DNA of 64,000 nucleotides from an uncultured bacterium (GCA_964348275.1 CAYGBT010000003.1:10819-74818), one strand, 5' to 3'. Counted from the first letter of the stretch, positions 18,334-29,094 are shown. Notes: a model not told the origin generated them from the sequence alone. Program-made: numbers and translations.

Positions 18334-19344
18334 TCAGGTGAACCGCAGGACGACGGGGAGGAGGGCGTAGGCAAGGAGAGCGGCAACGAGCGGCGTCGTG
18401 CCCCACCCCACGATGATGTGGAGTAGCACGCGCCCCTTGATGGTCTGGATACCGCGGGCAAGTCCAATACCGACGACTGCGCCGACCAGCACCTGCGTCG
18501 CTGAGACCGGAATGGCCGGCAGGATGAAGCCGCCGAAGTCCCAGGAATGAGCGAAAAAATCCACCACCATCGCTTCGGCGAGGACCGCGATGAATGCCGT
18601 TACGGCGTCCAGCTTGACCAGGTCCCGCCCAACCGTAAGCATGACACGGTAAGAATACGTCGCGACGCCGAGTGCGATGGCCGAGCCGCCCAGCAAGGCC
18701 AGAATCCTGGACTGGGAGAGCACCCAGGGCCCGAGCCGCAACGGATCGAAGAGGTCGAGTCGTGTATAGACCCCGACGACGTTCGCCATGTTGTTACTGC
18801 CCAGAGCCCAGGCTCCGTAGCACCCCACGGCAAGGAGGCCGAAACGCAACCAGCGGTCGAGCACGAACAGGGGCATGGGCAATTGGCCAAACACCCAGGC
18901 CATTACCTTATATATAACGAATGCGGCGATTGCAGCGAGGATTGGGCAGGCCACCCAGGTGAGAACGATAGTCCGCAGTAAGTCCCAGGTTGCAGCATCG
19001 AGGCTGCCATGCTGGAACAGGCGGTAGCCGAGGAGGGCGCCGACTACGGCTTGCGAGGTAGAGACCGGCATCGCGTATCGAGTCATGGCCGCAATGGCCG
19101 CCGCCGCCGCGAGGGCGGTCGTAAAGGCGCCCGCCAGTAGTTCGATCTGCCCCAGGTCGCCGAGCGTCTCCATGGCGGCCGGTCCGACCACCACGCCGCC
19201 CAGCATGACAAAGAGGGCGGCCAGTTTTGCTGCGGTGCGGAACCGGACCATGTGCGAGGCGACTGCCGTGCCAAAGAGATTGGCCGCGTCATTGGCGCCC
19301 AGGGTCCAACCCAAAAATAAGCCGCTCGATAGTCCAAGCACCAT
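18334..19344 (-). CDS. Inorganic phosphate transporter, PiT family
   Basis: GANDAAN motif near the N-terminus and a duplicated half (GSNNMANV). ATG 19344 (2 nt after the upstream stop) preferred over TTG 19371. Confidence 0.9.
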   Translation of the reverse strand: MVLGLSSGLFLGWTLGANDAANLFGTAVASHMVRFRTAAKLAALFVMLGGVVVGPAAMETLGDLGQIELLAGAFTTALAAAAAIAAMTRYAMPVSTSQAVVGALLGYRLFQHGSLDAATWDLLRTIVLTWVACPILAAIAAFVIYKVMAWVFGQLPMPLFVLDRWLRFGLLAVGCYGAWALGSNNMANVVGVYTRLDLFDPLRLGPWVLSQSRILALLGGSAIALGVATYSYRVMLTVGRDLVKLDAVTAFIAVLAEAMVVDFFAHSWDFGGFILPAIPVSATQVLVGAVVGIGLARGIQTIKGRVLLHIIVGWGTTPLVAALLAYALLPVVLRFT

Positions 19345-19346
19345 GG

Positions 19347-20009
19347 CTAAAACAGCCGCTTGATAGCCCAAATCATGAGCCGGTCCCCCACATCTTCGGC
19401 CATGTCACAGATCGAACCCAAGCGGTCCACGAAGTGGTATAGTTGCATCTTTTCGGCTAACTCCAGGCTCGCATCCTCGAAGATCAGCTTCAGCGCCTGT
19501 TGTTCGATTAAGTCCCCCGCATGTTCGTGCTGCGAGAGTTGCTTTGCCCCTTCTCTGACGTGATGAGGCCTGTTCAGAAATGCGTGGGCCACCCGGGTTA
19601 ACACTTGCACAATTTGGACACCCCGGTCCGCCAGATCGTCTAAATTTTGGTGGAGATGTTCCGGGATACGGATGTGCTGCAATAGCATCTCTCGAGTGAC
19701 TGCCTGGATGCGATTCGGGATCTTGTCCACCGTCTCGAGCAATGTCAAAACATCGTCGCGCGTATCGGGAAGCAGTCGGTGTCCATAAATTTTCTCCTGA
19801 ATGTTGCGTCGTAGCATGTCTAGACGGTTTTCCAACGAGTTGATTCGTTCAAATACATGGAGAAACTGCTCCATATTCTGGCCGAGATAAGCTAGAATTG
19901 CCTTGCGCATGTCCAGGGTGATGGCGTTCAGGTTATCGAGATATTCGTCGAGTTCTGTCTGAATCTGCTCATGTCGCGCGCCGAATAGACTTTTCAGGAA
20001 GTTCTTCAT
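19347..20009 (-). CDS. DUF47 / PhoU-like phosphate-transport regulator partner of PiT
   Basis: About 220-aa helical protein immediately upstream of PiT, the usual DUF47-PiT pairing. Confidence 0.8.
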   Translation of the reverse strand: MKNFLKSLFGARHEQIQTELDEYLDNLNAITLDMRKAILAYLGQNMEQFLHVFERINSLENRLDMLRRNIQEKIYGHRLLPDTRDDVLTLLETVDKIPNRIQAVTREMLLQHIRIPEHLHQNLDDLADRGVQIVQVLTRVAHAFLNRPHHVREGAKQLSQHEHAGDLIEQQALKLIFEDASLELAEKMQLYHFVDRLGSICDMAEDVGDRLMIWAIKRLF

Positions 20010-20160
20010 GGTGGGGATTCTCGAGAGACTCGATTCTGACTGTGGTTTAATGATTGAGTGTGACCGACGCTAGGCATACTATGCGAACCCGAAGGGCTTG
20101 ACAAGGACAAAGAGTGATCGGAAACAGAATGTCTCGTGAACCAAATCCAGCAGAGGCTCG

Positions 20161-20793
20161 ATGAGGTCTGAAGGATGCAACAGACCCATGATCAAAGCAA
20201 TTGCATTTGATCTTGGGGGAGTTCTTTTCTCCGAAGGGAATTCCGTCGCAGCGGAGCAATTGTCCAAAGGGCATGGCTATAGGAAGGACCTTATTTTAGA
20301 GCTGTTGGTTTCTCCGAAGAGCATTGAACTGAGAAGGGGAGTCATTGATGATGCCGAGTTTTGGGCCTGGGCACAGTGCCACTTGCCGGAGACTTACGAC
20401 GCGCAATTGATCAAGCGGGAATGGTATAGTGCGTACATAATAGATGAAGACATCCTGAAGTTGATCACCCTGCTGAAAAGCAGATATAAGCTCTTGGCTT
20501 TTTCCGGAAACATCAAGAGTAGAATCGATTTTCTTGAGGAAAAATATCCGTTTCGGAATCTGTTCGATGTCGAAGTCTATTCATTTATGCACGGCCTCAG
20601 CAAAAAGGACAAAGGGTTTGCGGAGGTGATGATCAGAGCGTCCGGCGTCAAACCTGAAGAGATCCTCTATGTCGATGACAACGAGACGCATGCTAAGCAC
20701 GCGAAGGAACTTGGCGTGAAAGTCCTGATCTATGCGAGAGGAGAAATAGAGAAATTACACAAACAACTCGAAGCGTCAGGAGTAGAACCCTGA
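20161..20793 (+). CDS. HAD-IA family phosphatase (alternative start ATG 20188)
   Basis: Motif I AFDLGGVLF (YihX-like D-x-G), motif III/IV K...YVDDN; visibly AT-richer than its neighbours. Confidence 0.75.
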   Translation: MRSEGCNRPMIKAIAFDLGGVLFSEGNSVAAEQLSKGHGYRKDLILELLVSPKSIELRRGVIDDAEFWAWAQCHLPETYDAQLIKREWYSAYIIDEDILKLITLLKSRYKLLAFSGNIKSRIDFLEEKYPFRNLFDVEVYSFMHGLSKKDKGFAEVMIRASGVKPEEILYVDDNETHAKHAKELGVKVLIYARGEIEKLHKQLEASGVEP

Positions 20794-20889
20794 GATCACT
20801 GCCCGCCATGAGGGCCTAGGTTCTCCGGCGTGGGGACTCAGCCCTAGGACCCATCTTGCTAATTCTGTATTCCGGGAGGGAGCGCAGAT

Positions 20890-21765
20890 ATGTCTAAGGC
20901 GAAAAAGCTGAGGGAATTGTTCACCCGGCCCGGGCTGGTCCGGATCGTCGGCGCGCACAATGGGCTGGGGGCGAAACTCGTGGAGCGGGCTGGGTTTGAT
21001 GGTATTTGGTCCAGCAGTTTGGGGATTTCGGCGGCGCATGGCATCCCGGATGCCAGCCTTCTCTCCATGACTCAGTACCTTGAGGTGGCTCGAAGTATGG
21101 TCGAGGTGACCTCGATTCCTCTCGTGGTCGACGGGGATACCGGCTATGGCAATGCCAATAACGTCTTCTACGCCGTAGAGCGTTTTGAGGACGTGGGTGT
21201 TGCCGCCATCACGTTCGAGGACAAAAAGTATCCCAAAGATAACAGCCTCCTTCCCGGAGGTCGCCAGGTGCTCGCTGGAGTCGACGAGTTTGCCGGCAAA
21301 ATCGAGGCAGCCAAGGCCGCGCAGCGCTCCCCGGCTTTCATGGTCATTGCCAGGGTCGAAGCGCTCATTGCCGGCTGGGGGCAGGAAGAAGCCCAGAGGC
21401 GGGCAAATCGGTATGTGGACGCCGGCGCAGATGCGATTCTGATCCACTCGAAGTCATCCGACCCAGGAGAGATAATCGACTTTGTGAAGCAGTGGGGGGC
21501 GAGGGCGCCATTGGTTCTGGTCCCGACCACTTATCCAAGCCTTACGGAAAAACGCATTGAAGAGCTCGGTAAGGTGAAAATGGTCGTCTACGCAAACCAT
21601 CCGCTGCGCGCCGCCATCCGGGCCATGGAAGAAGTGCTGGGCAAGATTCAGCACGACGGGGGCATCTATGAGGTCGATCACCTGGTGGTGCCGATGAAGC
21701 ACGTGTTCGACTTGCAGGGTGTCCCGGAGATGAAAGAGCGGGAACAGCGGTTTTTGCGGGATTGA
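20890..21765 (+). CDS. Phosphoenolpyruvate mutase (PepM/Ppm) family
   Basis: ICL/PEPM fold with GAHNGLGAKL, DGDTGYGN and the PepM-diagnostic EDK-x5-NS (EDKKYPKDNS). Confidence 0.8.
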   Translation: MSKAKKLRELFTRPGLVRIVGAHNGLGAKLVERAGFDGIWSSSLGISAAHGIPDASLLSMTQYLEVARSMVEVTSIPLVVDGDTGYGNANNVFYAVERFEDVGVAAITFEDKKYPKDNSLLPGGRQVLAGVDEFAGKIEAAKAAQRSPAFMVIARVEALIAGWGQEEAQRRANRYVDAGADAILIHSKSSDPGEIIDFVKQWGARAPLVLVPTTYPSLTEKRIEELGKVKMVVYANHPLRAAIRAMEEVLGKIQHDGGIYEVDHLVVPMKHVFDLQGVPEMKEREQRFLRD

Positions 21766-22235
21766 TTGTCGGGGAAAGAACGAGCTGGTGACCAAGACGG
21801 CGAGCAAGCCCTCCCCACTCCACTGGCCGCAGCTGGGGCTCCCCTTAAGACATGAGTCTCGGTTGACGCCAGGGCGGCTGAGGTACCAGTTGACAACCAC
21901 TGCTCAGATCGCTGTATAGAAAGCCGAAGATGCCGCGCACGGATTTCGGGCACAGCATTACTGTCCCAGTATCCTCCGGATCAAAAAAATTGACCGAAAT
22001 CACCCCCTGTGACGCTCAAAAATCTTGAAAACCATGACCCAAAGCATCATTCTGTACTGCGATGCGCTATTCCATCTTCTCGACACCGCCGGCATCAAAT
22101 ATGCATTGGGTAGTTAGCGGTATCTCTCCCCATTGCCGCAGGGCGTAGTAAACCCGAGGAGCCGCCGATGAGGGGTCTGGGGAGGGGAGAGGCGATGGCG
22201 GGTTTCGTTCCTTCGCGTGGCGAGGAGGATAGGGA

Positions 22236-22997
22236 ATGCGGTTGAGAGGAAAGATCACCGTGATTACGGGGGGTGCACGGGGAATCGGGCGGGCGACGGC
22301 TCTGCGATTCGCTCAAGAAGGTGCTCACGTCGCGATCATCGACAAGGATCGAGAAGCTGGAGAAGCTCTGGTTCGGGAGATCATCGACCGAATCACGTCC
22401 CCGGTGAATGGTTGGCGTACCCCCGTCTTTTTTCGAGCGGACGTGACCAAGCGCGAGGAAGCGCAAGCGGCGATCGAAAAGATTCATCAACGCTTCAGGC
22501 GCATCGATGTTCTGCTCAACAACGCAGGCATCGTCCTCGACGCTCAGCTTTCGAGGATGAGCGAGGAGGAGTTCGATGCGGTGGTCTCTGTCAACCTAAA
22601 GGGCACCTTTAACTGCACGCAGGCAGTTGCACCGTTCATGATCGCGCAGGGAAGCGGCCGGATCATCAACGTATCATCGGTGGTGGGGCTCTACGGCAAC
22701 TTCGGTCAAACCAGCTACGCTGCCACGAAAGCCGGGGTGATCGGCATGACCAAGGTCTGGGCCCGTGAGCTTGGGGGCAAGGGCATTTGTGTCAATGCCG
22801 TCGCGCCGGGCTTCATCAGTACAGATATGCTTGGGAGTGTGCCCGAGAAGATTCTCAACCAACTCAATGGCAGGATTCCGCTCGGCCGGTTGGGCCAGCC
22901 CGAAGAAATCGCCGGAGTCTATGCTTTCCTCGCCTCGAACGACGCCAATTACATCAACGGCGCCGTCCTAAGCGTGGATGGCGGGATGTCCATATAG
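22236..22997 (+). CDS. FabG-like 3-oxoacyl reductase (SDR)
   Basis: TGGARGIG, NNAG, S...YAATK catalytic triad, C-terminal INGAVLSVDGG. Confidence 0.85.
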   Translation: MRLRGKITVITGGARGIGRATALRFAQEGAHVAIIDKDREAGEALVREIIDRITSPVNGWRTPVFFRADVTKREEAQAAIEKIHQRFRRIDVLLNNAGIVLDAQLSRMSEEEFDAVVSVNLKGTFNCTQAVAPFMIAQGSGRIINVSSVVGLYGNFGQTSYAATKAGVIGMTKVWARELGGKGICVNAVAPGFISTDMLGSVPEKILNQLNGRIPLGRLGQPEEIAGVYAFLASNDANYINGAVLSVDGGMSI

Positions 22998-23011
22998 CGG
23001 GAGAGATCGTG

Positions 23012-23221
23012 TTATTGGGATGCCGAAGACCGGGAACGACGGGGCAGAGGCGTCCAGCCGATGGTTTCCGGTTCGAGCTTGAGACCGAAGCGGTAGCAGT
23101 CCTCGTGGTAGACCTGTACCTCCGCCTTGTCGTCCTCCCGAAAAAATACCTGAGACCGGATGGGAAGACCACACCACGCGCAGTGGGGAACATCGGAACG
23201 CTCACGAAGCTCTCGTCGCAG
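23012..23221 (-). CDS. Candidate small zinc-ribbon-like protein with CTG start (not in the ORF track)
   Basis: Protein-like frame ...HCAWCGLPIRSQVFFREDDKAEVQVYHEDCYRFGLKLEPETIGW... lacking ATG/GTG/TTG; GGAGAG sits 6 nt before a CTG codon; third-position GC enrichment seen by eye. Confidence 0.25.
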   Translation of the reverse strand: MRRELRERSDVPHCAWCGLPIRSQVFFREDDKAEVQVYHEDCYRFGLKLEPETIGWTPLPRRSRSSASQ

Positions 23222-23249
23222 TGTGTGCTCTCCAGGAGAGGTGTTCAGG

Positions 23250-23945
23250 TCAGACGGCAGGGGCTTTTTGGTGGAGGAGAACCCGGGCGTCCACGACGCT
23301 GAAGCCTTTTTCGTAGACGATGATCGGATTGAGGTCCATCTCGGTAATCTCCACGTTCTCCTGGGCGATCTTTGAGACCTTCAGGAGAAGATCGGCGAGG
23401 CCCTCGAGATCTGCGGGCTTGCTCCCTCGGGCTCCCTGGAGCAACGGGAAGGCCTTGATCTGTTGAATCATGGCGGCCGCATCCTGTTTGGTGAGAGGGA
23501 CGAGCCGGAAGCTCACATCCTGATAGACCTCGACGAAGACCCCACCCAGCCCAAACATCACCACGGGGCCGAACTGGACGTCCTGCAGAAGACCGACAAT
23601 GACCTCGGTGCCCGGCGGGGCCATACGGCTGATGAGAACACCGCGGACTGTGGCCTTGGCCTGGCGGGCCCGGTCCGTAATCTGTCGGTAGGCATTCCTG
23701 ACTGCGGGTCCCTCGGTGAGATTCAGGACGACCCCCCCCGCCTCGGTCTTGTGCAAGATATTCGGGGAGACGATCTTGGCGACGACCGGGTAGCCGATCT
23801 CGGTGGCTGCGGCTTCGGCCTGTTCGTCCGAGTTGACCAACCGGTGAGGGGGAACAGAAACCCCGTAATGTGCAAGCAGTTCGTAGGCCTCCGGCTCCAA
23901 GAGATTTCGGCCTTCCTGAATCGCCTTCCCGATGGCAATCGTCAT
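23250..23945 (-). CDS. ADP-forming acetyl/acyl-CoA synthetase, beta (ATP-grasp) subunit
   Basis: ATP-grasp_5-like sequence (YPVVAKIVSPNILHKTEAGGV) adjacent to the CoA-binding alpha subunit. Confidence 0.85.
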   Translation of the reverse strand: MTIAIGKAIQEGRNLLEPEAYELLAHYGVSVPPHRLVNSDEQAEAAATEIGYPVVAKIVSPNILHKTEAGGVVLNLTEGPAVRNAYRQITDRARQAKATVRGVLISRMAPPGTEVIVGLLQDVQFGPVVMFGLGGVFVEVYQDVSFRLVPLTKQDAAAMIQQIKAFPLLQGARGSKPADLEGLADLLLKVSKIAQENVEITEMDLNPIIVYEKGFSVVDARVLLHQKAPAV

Positions 23946-23954
23946 CCGGACTTC

Positions 23955-25289
23955 CTATCGGAGGAGCTCTCCCAGGGCCCGAATTCCACGTTCAGGGGTC
24001 GGAAAGACCGGGATACCTTTCCGGTGAAAGCGGAGTCGCTCTTGCCGCTCCACCTCTGCCCCTCCGAGATAGATCACAAGCTGGAGGGGCTCTTTGCCGA
24101 CCACCTCTGAGGCACCAGGAATCGGGTCGCCAAAGATCAGGGCAACGGTGTCGAAGTGGGAAGTGGCAGCCTCGACCACCTGCCGGTACATCTCTGCGGT
24201 GGCATCGCCAGTCAGATCCAAAGGGTTCGCCACGATGCAGTGCTTGGGCAGCACATCCCTGAGGCTTCGCGCCATCTCGTCGGGAAGCGGCGCGACATCG
24301 AGTCCGGTCATTTCCGCCATGTCGGTGGCCAGGATACCAGAGCCTCCCGAGCTCGTCACGATCAGGAGCCGGGGTCCTTTCGGGCGAGGAAGGTAGGAGA
24401 GCGCCTTGCTGAAGTCGTAGAGCTGCTCCAGGTCGCTCGCCCGATGAATGTGGAGTTGGCGGAAGGCCCCCTCGTATACCTCGTCCCGGCCGGCGAGGGA
24501 CCGGGTATGGGATTCAGCCGCTTTACGCCCTTTGGGGGTCCGCCCCGCCTTTAAAATGACCAAGGGCTTTTGGCATTGTCGGACGGCTTCCAAGAACTTG
24601 GGAGCGACCTTGACCCCCTCCATGTAGATGGCGATGGTCTCGGTATGGGGGTCCTGGCTGAAGTAGTGGATCAAATCGGCCTCGTCAACATCTGCTCTGT
24701 TGCCCAGGCTGACGAACGTGGACACCCCGAGCTCTTCCTGAGAAGCCCAGTCCATGAGGGCTGCTCCGACGGTCCCACTCTGGGAGATGATCGCCACCCC
24801 CCCTCGCCGGGTGAGGAGGGGCCAAGAGGCGCAGAGGGGATGGTGTGGGTTGTTAACTCCTTGGCAGTTTGGTCCGATGACGGCTACGTTGGCCTTCTGG
24901 GCTGCCTCGACGAGTTGGCCTTGCAGGACCTCCCCCTCTGGCCCGATCTCGCTGAAACCGCCGCTGATCACGATGGCCCCTTTGACCCCTCGCTTGCCAC
25001 AGTGCCGAATGGTGTCGGCCACGAGTGGCGCGGGGATAATGATGACGGCTAGATCGACTTGTTCGGGGGTTGCGTCGATGGCCGGATGGCATGGGTGACC
25101 GAGGATCTCGGTCGCCTTAGGATTGATGGGGTAGACCGTGCCCGGAAAGCCTGCGTCAAGGATGTTCTTAAAAATCTGGTATCCGAGTTTTTCTGGCGCA
25201 GTGGAGGCCCCGATGACCGCCACGCTCTGCGGGCGAAAAAGGGCCTCAAAAGCCTCTTTCGACTTGAATAAGGGGGATGGGGCGGGCAT
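23955..25289 (-). CDS. ADP-forming acetyl/acyl-CoA synthetase, alpha (CoA-binding/ligase) subunit
   Basis: SVAVIGAS CoA-binding Rossmann motif, succinyl-CoA-synthetase-like GPNCQG and SQSGTVG blocks. Confidence 0.85.
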   Translation of the reverse strand: MPAPSPLFKSKEAFEALFRPQSVAVIGASTAPEKLGYQIFKNILDAGFPGTVYPINPKATEILGHPCHPAIDATPEQVDLAVIIIPAPLVADTIRHCGKRGVKGAIVISGGFSEIGPEGEVLQGQLVEAAQKANVAVIGPNCQGVNNPHHPLCASWPLLTRRGGVAIISQSGTVGAALMDWASQEELGVSTFVSLGNRADVDEADLIHYFSQDPHTETIAIYMEGVKVAPKFLEAVRQCQKPLVILKAGRTPKGRKAAESHTRSLAGRDEVYEGAFRQLHIHRASDLEQLYDFSKALSYLPRPKGPRLLIVTSSGGSGILATDMAEMTGLDVAPLPDEMARSLRDVLPKHCIVANPLDLTGDATAEMYRQVVEAATSHFDTVALIFGDPIPGASEVVGKEPLQLVIYLGGAEVERQERLRFHRKGIPVFPTPERGIRALGELLR

Positions 25290-25546
25290 TTCGCCTCGTC
25301 ATTGCCGATGTGAGGATCTCGCCGGCGCCACCGGTGCAAACAGGGCGACGACCGCGCTTACAATGCCGCCAGTGCTGGGGTTGTACCATGGCGCCAAAGG
25401 ACTGTCAAGGCATGAGCAGGACGGGTGGCTGGTGCGTTAAGACGGTTCGGGCTGAGCGTGAAGCGGGATGGAGCCCGCTGCAGGGCTGTTTGCTTGTATC
25501 GCCGCAACTGGTTAGGTTATGATTGCGCTGAAGCGTCCGGGGTAGG

Positions 25547-26677
<1,131 letters not shown>

Positions 26678-26800
26678 GGCGCTGGCAGGCTAGGAGGCTA
26701 GTACGCTGGAACGCGAGGACGCCAAAAGGCCGTAAGAGTGTGATTGACTGGAGTCCATCCGAGCCTCCTAGCTTCCTAGCGTTCTAGCGTTTGAGGAGTG

Positions 26801-28267
26801 ATGATGCCCGAGCCTCTGAGAGCAAAAATTGTGGTAGCGGACGATGAGGAAAGTGTCCGCTGGACGCTGAAAAAGGCCCTCGAGCGGTCGGGGTACGCTG
26901 TGCTCACAGTCGCGGATGGGAAGGCAGCGGTGGAGACAGCGGAACGGGTCAGTGCCGATCTGGTCCTCATGGATATCAAGATGCCTACCGTGGATGGGCT
27001 TGAGGCCCTCTCCCTACTCCGCGAACGCCGTCCAGATACCATCGTGATCGTCATGACCGCGTTCGGCAGCCTCCAAGCGGCCGTGGAGGCCATGAAGCGG
27101 GGGGCGTACGACTATATCACCAAACCCTTTGATTTCGAGGAGCTCACTCTTCTCGTTCGCAGGGCCCTAGAGGTGAAGACGCTCACGAAGGAGCTGAACC
27201 GGCTCAAGGCCCAGCTGAGAGATCGCCAAGAGTTGGATGAGATCGTGGGGACGAGTCAGGGCATGCAAGTGGTCTTCAAGTTGGTGGGCCAAGTGGCGGA
27301 CAGTGGGGCAACCGTTCTCATCCAGGGAGAAAGCGGAACCGGCAAGGAGCTTATTGCCCAAGCAATTCACAAGAACAGCCCGAGGTCCCAAGGCCCCTTC
27401 GTGACGGTCAACTGTGCTGCCATTCCTAAGGACCTGCTCGAGAGCGAACTCTTTGGCCACGAGAAAGGGGCCTTTACCGGAGCCGTCGCCACCCGGCGCG
27501 GGAAATTCGAGCTGGCCGACAGCGGAACCATCTTTCTCGACGAGATTGGAGAGATGGATCCAGCGCTGCAGACCAAGATTCTTCGAGTCTTTGAGGAGCG
27601 GCGCTTCGAGCGGTTGGGAGGAGAAGTCCCTATCACCGCGGACGTCCGGATCCTTGCCGCCACCAATCGCGATCTTCCGACCCTGGTGACGCGAGGGATC
27701 TTTCGGGAAGATCTCTTCTACCGGCTGAATGTGGTGACCATTGCGCTCCCGCCCCTGAGGGAGCGTCAGGATGATATCCCGCTCTTGGTGGACCATTTCC
27801 TTCGCCTCTATGCGGGAGCAGACCACAAAGAGGTTGCGCCAGAAGCGCTCAACTGCCTTCTCCGGTACCATTGGCCGGGCAATGTTCGGGAACTGGAGAA
27901 TGTGATCAAGCGAGCCTGCCTTCTGGCCCGGACGCGTCTCATCCTTCCGGAGCATTTCTCTGAAGCCCTGCAGGCGGCGGCCAGCGTACCCCATGCTGAA
28001 GATTCCGCTAGCGTCCCGGGAGGACTCGGACGGGAGGTCCGCGTAGAGCTCAAACGCGTAGGTGGAGAGAAAGACGGACAGCTGTACGAGCATCTCCTCT
28101 CCCTGGTAGAGCGCCCCCTGCTACAAGCCGTGTTGGATCGGGCAGGGGGGAATCAACTCAAGGCGGCCCAGCTTCTCGGCATCAACCGGAACACCCTGCG
28201 AAAACGGATGCGGCAGCTTGGGATCTCAGGAAAGAGGGAATCCCCGGAGGGTAGCGACCCTTCCTGA
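26801..28267 (+). CDS. Sigma-54-dependent response regulator (NtrC family bEBP)
   Basis: Receiver domain (VADDEES...DIKMP), AAA+ with GESGTGKE and the GAFTGA loop (EKGAFTGA), C-terminal Fis-type HTH. Confidence 0.9.
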   Translation: MMPEPLRAKIVVADDEESVRWTLKKALERSGYAVLTVADGKAAVETAERVSADLVLMDIKMPTVDGLEALSLLRERRPDTIVIVMTAFGSLQAAVEAMKRGAYDYITKPFDFEELTLLVRRALEVKTLTKELNRLKAQLRDRQELDEIVGTSQGMQVVFKLVGQVADSGATVLIQGESGTGKELIAQAIHKNSPRSQGPFVTVNCAAIPKDLLESELFGHEKGAFTGAVATRRGKFELADSGTIFLDEIGEMDPALQTKILRVFEERRFERLGGEVPITADVRILAATNRDLPTLVTRGIFREDLFYRLNVVTIALPPLRERQDDIPLLVDHFLRLYAGADHKEVAPEALNCLLRYHWPGNVRELENVIKRACLLARTRLILPEHFSEALQAAASVPHAEDSASVPGGLGREVRVELKRVGGEKDGQLYEHLLSLVERPLLQAVLDRAGGNQLKAAQLLGINRNTLRKRMRQLGISGKRESPEGSDPS

Positions 28268-28395
28268 TCGCCCCAGTCGAAATCTGTAAAACCTTACGGA
28301 CCTCTGTATGAAACAAAAAAGAGAACCCGCCCCCTTCAGTCCTTCTGGTCTCCGGGAGAGGCCTACTTATGATGGGGGGTATCCCCCTGTCCTTT

Positions 28396-29094
28396 TTACA
28401 GCAGGGCCCGGAGTCGATCGGGAGACTTGAGGGTCAGGCGTCGGCCGTGCACCTCCAAGAGCCCTTCCCGCTGAAATTGGCTCAGAAGGCGCATGGCCGT
28501 CTCCGGGCTCAGACCGACCAACGCAGCAAGCTCCCCCCGACGTAGAGACAGATTGAGCATCGTTCCCTTTGATCCCGGCTGCCCGTAACGATCTGCGAGG
28601 TCCAAGAGCTGGGCCGCCATTCGCGTTCGTGCGTCGCTCAGGGCCACGTGGGTGAAGCGGACTTGGGTATCTATCAATACCTGGCACACGTGACGGAGGA
28701 TTGGGAGGAGGACTCGATCCCGCTTTTGGAGCAGTTCGAGAAAGGCCTCGCGCCTTACGAAGGCACTTTGACAGGTGTCGAGCGCTTCAGCGGTATTCGT
28801 GTAGGGTGCCCCGTCCAAGAGGGCTTCTTCCCCGCAGATCTCTCCGGGACCCACAATTCGCAGGATCTGCTGCCGCCCATTATTGGCCCCCCGGGAGAGT
28901 TTTACTCGACCCGAGCAGAGGATGTGGATGCCTAGGGCCGGCATCCCCTCGTGATACAGGATTTGTCGGGGCTGGTAAGTCCGGGTGTGGCGGATCCCTT
29001 TCGTGGCCTCGATCTCCTCGGGAGTGAGCTGGCTAATGAGGAGACACTTCTGTCTGGCTCCGCATTCAACACAGCCGTTCTCTTCCACTGTCAC
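28396..29094 (-). CDS. FNR-type Crp/Fnr family transcription regulator
   Basis: N-terminal C-x2-C-x5-C (CVECGARQKC), cNMP-binding-like beta-roll, C-terminal HTH (RGELAALVGLSPETAMRLL). Confidence 0.85.
   Translation of the reverse strand: MTVEENGCVECGARQKCLLISQLTPEEIEATKGIRHTRTYQPRQILYHEGMPALGIHILCSGRVKLSRGANNGRQQILRIVGPGEICGEEALLDGAPYTNTAEALDTCQSAFVRREAFLELLQKRDRVLLPILRHVCQVLIDTQVRFTHVALSDARTRMAAQLLDLADRYGQPGSKGTMLNLSLRRGELAALVGLSPETAMRLLSQFQREGLLEVHGRRLTLKSPDRLRALL

Noticed and set aside
17489-18467. ORFs of 205 and 240 aa on the minus strand (17489-18106, 17745-18467)
   Set aside because: They are antisense to and overlap the unmistakable RNase P RNA. Their composition is low-complexity (P/G/R/S-rich), typical of spurious ORFs in GC-rich DNA.
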